Positions 1-8,248 of a stretch of DNA of 64,000 nt are shown piece by piece. Made by a program: the position numbers and the translations under genes. Numbering within the stretch: position 1 is the stretch's first letter; each line of letters opens with the position of its first letter. This stretch comes from Candidatus Omnitrophota bacterium (GTDB lineage Bacteria > Omnitrophota > Gorgyraeia > Gygaellales > Profunditerraquicolaceae). The notes below the pieces were generated by a model. It was not told where the DNA came from. It did not search any database and saw only the letters and a program-made list of their open reading frames with translations. Where the stretch lies: the NCBI GenBank assembly GCA_016208765.1, contig JACQXK010000001.1:192365-256364 (forward strand). Direction: 5' to 3'.

Positions 1-2
1 TA

Positions 3-185
3 GATGTAATAGAAGGCGGCATGACTGATGGTGCAATTATTCATATGAATAGAGAAGGAGTCCCAACGGGTGTATTAAGTATCCCCACTCGCTATATTCA
101 TTCGCCAACCGGAGTTTTTAATATTGAAGATTTAAATTCTGCGGTGGAGTTGGCTGTAAAGGCGGTGGGAGATTTAGCAAAATAA
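3..185 (+). CDS. C-terminal fragment of an M42-family (FrvX/CelM-like) aminopeptidase. The gene starts upstream of the window.
   Basis: Open frame from the window edge to TAA at 183-185. It translates to ...[33 protein letters not shown], which matches the conserved C-terminus of M42 peptidases. Confidence 0.55.
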   Translation, partial: DVIEGGMTDGAIIHMNREGVPTGVLSIPTRYIHSPTGVFNIEDLNSAVELAVKAVGDLAK

Positions 186-202
186 GTTGGAAGGAGTTTG
201 AT

Positions 203-2473
203 GTGCCTAAGGATTTGATTTGCGGTATGGAAGTAGAAGAAGCTAAGGCTATAAAACTTGAGAAAAACGGCGAAACTTATTTCTTTTGTAGCAGAAGCTG
301 CCACGATAAATTTTTGAATAAAACAGAAGATAAGAAACTTAATAAAAAACATGAGTCTAGCAGTTTTTATATTTGTCCAATGCATCCAGAGATTGAGCAA
401 GATATGCCTGGTGATTGTCCGAAGTGCGGAATGTCTCTTGAGCCAAAGAGTGTTTCAGCCGGAGAACAAGATAGTGAGGAACTAAATATCCTGTCTCGTA
501 AATTCTGGATCGGGTTGATTTTGACAATTCCTATTTTTTTTCTGGCACTTGGCGAGATGATCCCGTTTTTTAGCCTGAGAGCTTTTTTGCCTTCCGGGTT
601 TTTGCGTTGGATGCAGTTTGTTTTAGCAACGCCGGTTGTTTTGTGGGCTGGAAATATTTTCTTTGTAAAAGCATGGAAATCAATCTTAAATAAAAGCCTT
701 AATATGTTTACCTTGATTGCTATGGGCGTGGGGACAGCTTATGGTTTTAGCGCGATAGCAATTCTTTTCCCGAATATTTTACCCGAATCATTAAAAATGC
801 ATGGTGAGATTAGCTTGTATTTTGAAGCTGCCGCAGTGATTACAGTTTTGGTGCTTTTGGGCCAGTTTCTTGAGGTAAGGGCTCGTAACAAAACAGGGCA
901 GGCGATTAAAGCATTGCTTGGGCTTGCAGCTAAACAAGCGCATCGTATTCGCGAAGGCAAAGAAGAAGAAGTCTTTATTGAGGATATTCAAAAAGGCGAT
1001 TTATTGCGTGTTCGTCCGGGTGAGAAAGTGCCTTTGGACGGTATTGTTATTGAAGGTAAAAGCACAATTGATGAATCAATGATTTCAGGCGAGCCGGTTC
1101 CTGTTGCCAAAAAAGAAGGCGACCGGGTTATCGGTGCGACTGTTAATCAAACAGGCACTTTTGTGATGAGGACGGAAAAGATTGGCTCTGAAACTTTGCT
1201 TTCTCAAATCGTTAAAATGGTAGCAGATGCCCAGCGCAGCCGCGCTCCTATTCAGAAACTTGCAGACCAGGTTTCAGGTTATTTTGTTCCCGGCGTGCTG
1301 GTGTGCGCGGTGCTTGCTTTTGTTGCCTGGAGTATATTTGGCCCGGCTCCGGTTTTAGCGTATGCTTTAGTTAGCGCCATCTCGGTTCTGATCATTGCCT
1401 GCCCTTGTGCTTTAGGGCTTGCAACACCAATGGCAATTATGGTGGGCGTTGGAAGAGGCGCGCAGTCAGGTATATTAATCAAAAACGCCGAGGCAATTGA
1501 AAAAGCCGAGATGATAACATATGTTCTTACAGATAAAACAGGGACATTAACAGCCGGTAAGCCGCAGGTAACTTCTGTTATTCCGACGGGTGTTTGGGAT
1601 GAGCATTCATTATTAAGTATAGCAGCTTCTATTGAACACAGCAGTGAACATCCGCTGGCGCGTTCAGTGGTTGATTATGCAAAAGAAAAAGGATATGAAC
1701 TAACGCCGGTTGATGGTTTTCAATCTGTAACAGGGGGCGGAGTTAAAGGCAAAATTAATGGTAGGGCAATTTTACTTGGAAAACAAAAATTCATTGAAGA
1801 TGATGGGATAAGCTTACCAGAAGAATTAAAAAAGAAGTCTGATGAGCTTCAGGAAAAGGCAGCAACAGTTATTTGGGTAGCTGTTGATAGGCAAATAGCA
1901 GGAGTCATTGGAATTTCAGATCCTATAAAGAAAACAACTCCTGATGCTATTCGCGCTTTGCATAAAATGGGCCTGAAGGTTGTCATGCTGACAGGTGATA
2001 ATGAAAAAACTGCAAGAGCAATTGCAAAAGAATTGGGAATTGTTGATCTTTATGCGGGGCTTGAGCCAAAAGATAAACAGGAGATTGTAAAAAAGTTAAA
2101 GAGCCAGGGCATAAGGGTGATGGTAGCTGGCGACGGTATTAATGATGCGCCGGCATTAGCTGAAGCAGAAGTTGGTGTTGCTATGGGCACAGGAACAGAC
2201 GTGGCAATTGAAAGCGCGGGAATTACTTTGGTTAAGGGAGACCTGAATGGAATTGTTAAGGCCTTGCATCTTAGCCGGGGTGTGATGAGTAATATTCGTC
2301 AAAATTTGTTTTTTGCTTTTATTTACAATGCTTTGGGTGTTCCCATTGCAGCCGGTGTGCTTTATCCGTTTTTTGGATTGCTTTTAAGCCCTATGATTGC
2401 AGGCGCTGCCATGAGTTTTAGCTCGGTTTCAGTAATCGGGAATTCTCTGAGGCTAAGAAATTTAAAGTTGTAG
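203..2473 (+). CDS. copA: Copper/heavy-metal translocating P-type ATPase (P1B type) with N-terminal CGM-type metal-binding repeats.
   Basis: 756 aa. It has N-terminal 'CGMEV' (TRASH/YHS-like) and 'CPKCGM' motifs, a membrane CPC motif ([12 protein letters not shown]), a DKTGTLT phosphorylation site and [10 protein letters not shown]. Confidence 0.9.
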   Translation: MPKDLICGMEVEEAKAIKLEKNGETYFFCSRSCHDKFLNKTEDKKLNKKHESSSFYICPMHPEIEQDMPGDCPKCGMSLEPKSVSAGEQDSEELNILSRKFWIGLILTIPIFFLALGEMIPFFSLRAFLPSGFLRWMQFVLATPVVLWAGNIFFVKAWKSILNKSLNMFTLIAMGVGTAYGFSAIAILFPNILPESLKMHGEISLYFEAAAVITVLVLLGQFLEVRARNKTGQAIKALLGLAAKQAHRIREGKEEEVFIEDIQKGDLLRVRPGEKVPLDGIVIEGKSTIDESMISGEPVPVAKKEGDRVIGATVNQTGTFVMRTEKIGSETLLSQIVKMVADAQRSRAPIQKLADQVSGYFVPGVLVCAVLAFVAWSIFGPAPVLAYALVSAISVLIIACPCALGLATPMAIMVGVGRGAQSGILIKNAEAIEKAEMITYVLTDKTGTLTAGKPQVTSVIPTGVWDEHSLLSIAASIEHSSEHPLARSVVDYAKEKGYELTPVDGFQSVTGGGVKGKINGRAILLGKQKFIEDDGISLPEELKKKSDELQEKAATVIWVAVDRQIAGVIGISDPIKKTTPDAIRALHKMGLKVVMLTGDNEKTARAIAKELGIVDLYAGLEPKDKQEIVKKLKSQGIRVMVAGDGINDAPALAEAEVGVAMGTGTDVAIESAGITLVKGDLNGIVKALHLSRGVMSNIRQNLFFAFIYNALGVPIAAGVLYPFFGLLLSPMIAGAAMSFSSVSVIGNSLRLRNLKL

Positions 2474-2516
2474 AGAAGTAATGTTAATAAAATAACTTTT
2501 ATTTAGGCGGGCGTTT

Positions 2517-2720
2517 ATGGAATTTAAACTTAAAGCTGAATTTATTGAGCTTGATAATATGTTGAAAGTTTTAGAGCTTGTTGCAAGCGGCGCTGACGCG
2601 AAGCAGCAGATACAGGAGGGTTTAGTTAAGGTTAATGGGGTTGTTGAGTTACGTATCCGCCGAAAGCTTAAGCAGGGAGATTTAATTGAGTTTGGTGGAA
2701 ATATGATTACTATTACATAG
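2517..2720 (+). CDS. Small S4-domain RNA-binding protein (YbcJ/ribosome-associated family).
   Basis: 67 aa; the overall pattern is typical of S4-like small proteins. Confidence 0.6.
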   Translation: MEFKLKAEFIELDNMLKVLELVASGADAKQQIQEGLVKVNGVVELRIRRKLKQGDLIEFGGNMITIT

Positions 2721-2791
2721 AAAAAGGCAATAGATGGGTATGGGGAATTCTAAAAATATAAGCCATATTCTCAAGTTAAAGAGGTGTAAAT

Positions 2792-3505
2792 ATGCATGTA
2801 TTGATGTTTATGATTACCATAGTCATTCTGTTTATCGTAGCGAGAATTGGTGCTATTGCTTTTGAACTTACCGGACTTAAATTGCACATTTCCCGTTTTC
2901 AAGCACTATCTTGTTTTACGAATACTGGATTTAGTACTAAGGAATCCGAGCTTATTGTAAGTAGCCATCAAAGAAGGAAAATTGCATCGGTACTTATGAT
3001 TATAGGCTATGCAGGATTTGTTAGCCTGATCGCATCATTTGTAAATGCAATGAAACTTCCTGAGCATATAGAAAATACTTCTGTAACTTTTCTAAATTTC
3101 GTCTTTCCTGCTAATTTATTGCCTTCTATAAATCTGGCTTTAATTTTATTTTTTACTTATATTTCCTATAAAGTATTTTTTAGTTCAAAATTGGCGGATA
3201 GGTTAACTGAACTGTTGAAAAACCGCTTAATTAAACGGGGGATATTTGCTCCAATTCATCTTGAAGAATTTATGATTACCTCAAAAGGCCACTGTATTGC
3301 TAATGTTGAAGTTTGTGAAAATAGTTTTGTGTTAAATAAGGAAATAGGTGACCCATATTTTAGAGACTGTGGTATTTCAATATTAGCTATTGAGAGGGAG
3401 GGAGAGATATTGGCTAATTCTCCGGTAAACACCAAGTTGTGTTTGGGCGATAAAATTATTTGCTCAGGTAAAATAGAGAATATTAAAAAAAGTATTTTAA
3501 TTTAA
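2792..3505 (+). CDS. Membrane protein with a C-terminal TrkA-C/RCK_C-like domain.
   Basis: 237 aa with hydrophobic N-terminal segments and a C-terminal region resembling RCK_C (…ILAIEREGEILANSPVNTKLCLGDKIICSG). Confidence 0.5.
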   Translation: MHVLMFMITIVILFIVARIGAIAFELTGLKLHISRFQALSCFTNTGFSTKESELIVSSHQRRKIASVLMIIGYAGFVSLIASFVNAMKLPEHIENTSVTFLNFVFPANLLPSINLALILFFTYISYKVFFSSKLADRLTELLKNRLIKRGIFAPIHLEEFMITSKGHCIANVEVCENSFVLNKEIGDPYFRDCGISILAIEREGEILANSPVNTKLCLGDKIICSGKIENIKKSILI

Positions 3506-3594
3506 CTTGGATTAATGAGGAATAGGGACAGAGAGTTTAATTAGAAATAATATTGTGTCTTCGGAATTTGCCGTAATTTAAAAATTGCGTTATT

Positions 3595-3603
3595 GGGGGG
3601 GGG
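3595..3603 (+). repeat. G9 homopolymer immediately upstream (spacer/RBS position) of the secreted repeat-protein start codon.
   Basis: Nine consecutive G, read directly from the sequence, followed by ATATG. Confidence 0.9.
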
Positions 3604-3605
3604 AT

Positions 3606-4700
3606 ATGAAAAAGATATTTGTTGCATTACTTGTTATCGTAATTATTAATTTCCTTTGTTTTACTCAACTACCATCAGTAAGAGCTGAAGAAGCCAGAAC
3701 ATTTATAGGAACGATTGAATCTTTTAGGCCGGTTATGGGCAGGCCGCCAAAGTGGTATTTTGCCAGGTTTACGGCTGTTAATGATATTGGCGAAAAGAAA
3801 GAATTCTGGATATTGGGAGCTTCCGGTGCCTCTCCGACTTCTGTTACTGATTTTGATGGTAAGCCGATGGATAAACCAGGTTATAATCATAGGCCTCAAG
3901 TGGGTAAAAAAGTAGAAGTAAAGTATTCAACCGCTGGAAACGGACGCAATGAGGCTATTTCGATCCGCTATGTTCCTGCGGATTATGTGCCGCAGGTAAC
4001 AGCACCGGCTGCGCAACCAGGTTTAAATTCAACGTCCTCGGCAATCGCCGTTTCCGAAGCCGGAAATAATATCTTTGTAGGAAAAGTTGTAAAGGGCGGA
4101 GTCACTTTCAGCTTGAAATGTCCTTATAGGTTCGTAATTGTTATTGATAATGGCGAGAAGAAAGATGTTTGGATACCAAGGGATAATATGCGCATTACCG
4201 AGCTTAACGGTAATTCAGTATATGGCGCACCTCCGAGAGCAGGTAGAAAAATGGAGATCAAATATTTGACCGGGGACAACGGCCAATACGAAGCAGTCTC
4301 TATGCATTATGTTCCTGAGGATTATGTGCAGAAATCCACAACGCCAGTCTTACTAACACAAACCCCAGCCACGACTACGGAGCAGGAAGTAAAATTTCAG
4401 GGTAATGTTTTTGTGGGTAAACTGGAGAAGGCTACGCCGGTTTTTCACCATATTGACAAGTCACAGCCACGATGCAAGCTTTTGGTTGTAGCGGATAATG
4501 GGGAACAAAAACTTTTCTTTGTATCCGGACTTTGTCCGGTTATTGACGCAAGCGGAAAAGACATAAGCCAAACTTGGGGGAATATTGCATCTTTGCTTAA
4601 GAATGGTGAGCGCCTTGAGGTAAAATATTCGGTTATTAGAAATGGAAACTACATAACAAATGGACAGAACGGAGCGGATTCGATTCGTTGCCTGGATTAA
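3606..4700 (+). CDS. Secreted hypothetical protein containing three roughly 110-aa internal repeats.
   Basis: ATG at 3606 gives MKKIFVALLVIVIINFLCFTQLPSVRAEE, a signal peptide. The ORF track starts at TTG 3585, but the ATG sits just after a G9 tract. The three repeat units each end in '(E/V)(V/I)KY.T..NG.YEA.S..YVP.DYV'. Confidence 0.7.
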   Translation: MKKIFVALLVIVIINFLCFTQLPSVRAEEARTFIGTIESFRPVMGRPPKWYFARFTAVNDIGEKKEFWILGASGASPTSVTDFDGKPMDKPGYNHRPQVGKKVEVKYSTAGNGRNEAISIRYVPADYVPQVTAPAAQPGLNSTSSAIAVSEAGNNIFVGKVVKGGVTFSLKCPYRFVIVIDNGEKKDVWIPRDNMRITELNGNSVYGAPPRAGRKMEIKYLTGDNGQYEAVSMHYVPEDYVQKSTTPVLLTQTPATTTEQEVKFQGNVFVGKLEKATPVFHHIDKSQPRCKLLVVADNGEQKLFFVSGLCPVIDASGKDISQTWGNIASLLKNGERLEVKYSVIRNGNYITNGQNGADSIRCLD

Positions 4701-4804
4701 TATGAGCAAGCAAGAAGATAAGAAAAAAGTATTTCTTCCGCTTTGGGCTAACGGATGGTCTAAATACCGCGTGATGATTTTGGGGATTTTAATGAGGATG
4801 AATA

Positions 4805-5521
4805 ATGAGGGCTAAAATGGTTATGGAAAAAATTATTTTTGCCTGGAGCGGCGGTAAAGATAGCGCCATGGCGCTTTATGAATTGAAAAAGAACAGGGAT
4901 TATGAAATATCAGCATTGCTTACTACGATAACAGAAGATTACAGCAGGATAAGCATGCACGGCGTCCGGGAAATTCTTCTTGAGCAACAGGCAGATTCTT
5001 TAGGTCTGCCTTTGGAGAAAATCTATATTACAAAAAAATCATCTAATGAAGAGTATGAAACTAAGATGAGGGATACGTTGATCCGTTATCAAAGTAACGG
5101 TGTTTTCTCTGTAGCTTTCGGTGATATTTTTCTTGAAGACTTAAAGAAATATCGCGAGGGCAATTTGTTAAAAATAGGCATGAAAGGCATTTTTCCTGTC
5201 TGGAAAAGAAATTCTTTTGAGCTCGCTAATACATTTATTGATTTAGGTTTTAAAGCGGTTATTACTTGTATTGATTCAAAAGTTCTTGATAAGGCTTTTG
5301 CCGGCAGGAATTTTGATAAGCAATTTTTATCAGAACTTCCTCCCAATGTTGACCCCTGCGGAGAGAATGGGGAATTTCATTCATTTGTGTACGAGGGCCC
5401 AATATTTTCAAAGCGAATATTATATGAAAAGGGTGAGGTTGTTTTAAGAGATAACCGGTATTATTTCTGTGATTTGATGCCAGTTGAGAATAAATTGGCT
5501 GTTGGTGCAAACTTGCCCTGA
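4805..5521 (+). CDS. PP-loop ATP pyrophosphatase of the Dph6 / MJ0570-like (diphthine-ammonia-ligase-like) family.
   Basis: N-terminus …KIIFAWSGGKDSAMALYEL contains the SGGKDS PP-loop. Its size (about 235 aa) fits the MJ0570 family. The true start may be Met-5 or Met-7. Confidence 0.65.
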   Translation: MRAKMVMEKIIFAWSGGKDSAMALYELKKNRDYEISALLTTITEDYSRISMHGVREILLEQQADSLGLPLEKIYITKKSSNEEYETKMRDTLIRYQSNGVFSVAFGDIFLEDLKKYREGNLLKIGMKGIFPVWKRNSFELANTFIDLGFKAVITCIDSKVLDKAFAGRNFDKQFLSELPPNVDPCGENGEFHSFVYEGPIFSKRILYEKGEVVLRDNRYYFCDLMPVENKLAVGANLP

Positions 5522-5673
5522 GCCTGCCTAAGATGCGGGGGGACATAATACTTAATTAGAAATAAGTACTGTCTCCGGAATTCCTTGCGTCTATTGACCG
5601 TTGGTGCAAGTACAACGTGATGATTTTGGGGATATTGGAGCGGACAAATACTTTGGAATGAAGGGGTTAAGCT

Positions 5674-6672
5674 ATGAAAAATAAGATTACTGAAATACCG
5701 GTAAGGGGTGAAATTGCCATTTATCAGACTAAAGACAAGAAAGTCCAGCTGGAAGTTAAGCTGGAGCAGGAAATGGTTTGGCTTTCACAAGAGCAGATAG
5801 CGAATCTTTTCAAAACTGAACGAAGCGTTATTACTAAGCATCTCGGCAATATCTTCTGTTCCAATGAATTAGGAGAGAAAAGCAATGTGCATTTTTTGCA
5901 CATTCCCTTTTCGGATAAACCGGTAAAATTTTACAATCTTGATGTGATAATTTCAGTTGGGTACAGGGTTAATTCGTCTCGTGCTACACAGTTTCGTATC
6001 TGGGCTACAAATGTCCTGAAGCGGCATTTGATTGATGGTTATACCATTAATGAGAAACGCTTGAAACAGCAGACCCAAAAACTTGAAGCTTTACAGAAAG
6101 CAGTAAAGCTAATAAGCAGTATGAAGGATCGCAAGCAGCTTGAATATAAGGAAGCCATGGGGCTGCTTGAAGTAATCAGCGATTATAGCTACGCACTTGG
6201 GCTTTTAGATGATTATGATTATAAGCGGCTAAAGATAACCAAAACTTCAAAAGAAGAAAAGTTTATTTTAAGCTACGAATTGGCAATAGAAGCTGTAAAT
6301 AAGCTCAAAGACAGAATTGGTAGTTCAGATCTTTTTGGCACAGAGCGTGATAAATCATTTAAGAGTTCGGTATCTTCAATCTATCAAACGTTTGACAGGA
6401 AAGATTTATATCCAAGCATTGAAGAGAAGGCAGCTAATTTGCTTTATTTCATTGTTAAAAATCATTCTTTTGTTGATGGGAACAAACGAATCGCTGCTTC
6501 AATATTTTTGTGGTTCTTAGAGAATAATGGTATTCTGTATAAAGAAGACGGCTCAAAGCGCATCGCCGATAATGCATTAGTCGCTTTGACTCTGATGATT
6601 GCAGAAAGTAAGCCCAGTGAGCGAGATATTATCGTTACGCTGGTTGTGAATTTGATAAACAGGAATAATTAA
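5674..6672 (+). CDS. RhuM-family protein with a C-terminal Doc-type Fic domain.
   Basis: The N-terminal region matches the RhuM virulence-protein family (…VISVGYRVNSSRATQFRIWATNVLKRHLIDGY…). The C-terminus has HSFVDGNKRIAA, i.e. the Doc-type HxFx(D/N)(A/G)NKR motif rather than the AMPylating GNGR motif. Confidence 0.75.
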   Translation: MKNKITEIPVRGEIAIYQTKDKKVQLEVKLEQEMVWLSQEQIANLFKTERSVITKHLGNIFCSNELGEKSNVHFLHIPFSDKPVKFYNLDVIISVGYRVNSSRATQFRIWATNVLKRHLIDGYTINEKRLKQQTQKLEALQKAVKLISSMKDRKQLEYKEAMGLLEVISDYSYALGLLDDYDYKRLKITKTSKEEKFILSYELAIEAVNKLKDRIGSSDLFGTERDKSFKSSVSSIYQTFDRKDLYPSIEEKAANLLYFIVKNHSFVDGNKRIAASIFLWFLENNGILYKEDGSKRIADNALVALTLMIAESKPSERDIIVTLVVNLINRNN

Positions 6673-6821
6673 AAACAAGTTTTATTAAGGTTATGAGGGA
6701 TAGAATTTTTAATTAGACATAAGTATTGTTTCCCCGGAATTATCAATGCGTTACCATACAAAAATAATTATATTTGTTCCGTAACTTTAATAATTACAGG
6801 TAGTTTAGGAAAGCGTCATAT

Positions 6822-7964
6822 ATGCTGAAAACAGGTTTTTTATTGGGTGCTGGATTTTCTAAATATGGAGGAATGCCACTATCTTGTGATTTTGTTATAC
6901 AAGCCCAAAACATACTGGATAATAGGCTTGAAAGATCATATATACCTTCGCGTGAGCCTAAAAACTTGCAGAGTCTTGTTAGATTTAAAGATTTCGTTTC
7001 AGATGAGAAAGGAAGAGAGATTAACCATATTGAAGAAATCATTAAGTTGTCTGATCAATACCGGCTTACTAAAGATTGGGACAATATTGATAAAGAAGTT
7101 AGAGATGCAATTTATGAGATATTGATTGCAGCGCCTTTTATCATGTATTTAAAAGATAAAAATGAGTTATATAAAATGTTTGATATTTATTTAAGATTTT
7201 TGTTAATTGTTGCAGATTCCGAAGCTATGATTGCAACATTGAATTATGATCCTCTCCTGGAGCTTTTGTTACACACAGCAGCAATGTCAATAACACCGAA
7301 TAGCCAGCTATTTCATAAATTCGCTGAAATTGTTAGTTTTAATTATGGAATTGGAGATTTTTCATACCGACCTTTATGGGGTTCTTCTTCTAATATAGAT
7401 AGAGTAGATATATTATATTTTAAATTGCATGGAGCTACTAATTGGGAAGGTTGTGATCAACACGGATTAACAGAGGTTTGCGATCCACTAAAAACTAGGG
7501 CAATTGGGCGCTGTAGAGAGTGCAACATGCCAGCAAAACCATTTATTATTTATCCAGTTGAGGAAAAGAAATTAAATAGTCAGTTATCAGCATTGTGGGA
7601 TACCGCTTTTGGAGCATTAATGCAAGTGGAACAGATTGTTATAATTGGATGCCGATTCAATGAAACAGACAAAGATATATTTAAAAATGTTAACGAATTA
7701 ATTAGTAACAATAAAAGACTTGTAATTGTTGATCCGCAAGGCAGGCAAATTAAAGAAAGAATTGCCAAGCTAAATGAAAATGTTGTATACATCGATAATG
7801 GGAATGGCGAAGGAGCGGTATTTGAAGATATTTTCTGTGATGGTAAAACAGTAGCAAACGAAAATTTTCAAGAAATCACTAACTTAAGATTACGTAAAGA
7901 TGTGCAATATTTTCGAAACGAACAACCTTCTATGCCTTTTTTTGAAGAACCAGTCGCAACATGA
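6822..7964 (+). CDS. Standalone SIR2-like (SIR2_2/PF13289-type) domain protein; candidate NADase defence effector.
   Basis: N-terminal 'FLLGAGFS' glycine-rich motif typical of the SIR2_2 family, with a downstream 'YFKLHGATNW' histidine motif. 380 aa with no other recognisable domain. Confidence 0.65.
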   Translation: MLKTGFLLGAGFSKYGGMPLSCDFVIQAQNILDNRLERSYIPSREPKNLQSLVRFKDFVSDEKGREINHIEEIIKLSDQYRLTKDWDNIDKEVRDAIYEILIAAPFIMYLKDKNELYKMFDIYLRFLLIVADSEAMIATLNYDPLLELLLHTAAMSITPNSQLFHKFAEIVSFNYGIGDFSYRPLWGSSSNIDRVDILYFKLHGATNWEGCDQHGLTEVCDPLKTRAIGRCRECNMPAKPFIIYPVEEKKLNSQLSALWDTAFGALMQVEQIVIIGCRFNETDKDIFKNVNELISNNKRLVIVDPQGRQIKERIAKLNENVVYIDNGNGEGAVFEDIFCDGKTVANENFQEITNLRLRKDVQYFRNEQPSMPFFEEPVAT

Positions 7965-8203
7965 GCAGTTATCTTAATTGTATTGGTTAGATTGACCAGA
8001 CGGATATGTAGAGTTAGAGGTTTGTTAGTTATTAGATAATAATAAGTTATGAAAAATAAATATAGTATATACATGCGTACCTTTGGATGGCCGTTGGTTA
8101 CAGTGGCTAGGGATGGCACTGGATGTGTTAAAGAGGGTAAATGGCTTGGAGTGAAAGGGTTGCGGGAAAACAAGTCTGAAAACGAAAATCTTATTAATGT
8201 TGT

Positions 8204-8209
8204 ATAATG
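8204..8209 (+). promoter_or_regulatory. Extended -10 element (TGtTATAAT) upstream of the giant NTPase gene, followed by a (GTAAT)x3 micro-repeat.
   Basis: TG at 8201-8202 and TATAAT at 8204-8209; gtaatgtaatgtaatg lies immediately downstream. Assigned by pattern only. Confidence 0.35.
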
Positions 8210-8248
8210 TAATGTAATGTTGACCAGGGAAAATTAAACAAACAATAA

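Noticed and set aside
98-400. Minus-strand ORFs overlapping strongly supported plus-strand genes, e.g. 98..400, 739..960, 49819..50445, 60008..60583, 60478..60984 and 30623..31097.
   Set aside because: They have low-complexity composition, lie antisense to conserved genes and show no recognisable motifs. They are shadow ORFs, typical of AT-rich genomes.
3585-3605. TTG start codon at 3585, as in the ORF track, for the secreted repeat protein.
   Set aside because: It would add MRYWGGD, encoded by the poly-G tract, before an obvious MKK… signal peptide. ATG at 3606 with the G-rich stretch serving as RBS is more plausible.
3506-6821. Integron gene-cassette array with attC sites, suggested by unrelated same-strand ORFs separated by repeated intergenic elements.
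   Set aside because: No RYYYAAC / GTTRRRY core pairs at cassette boundaries; GTTAAGC before 5674 is an isolated match. There is no imperfect inverted-repeat attC structure and no intI gene nearby. The repeats are better described as a shared leader element.
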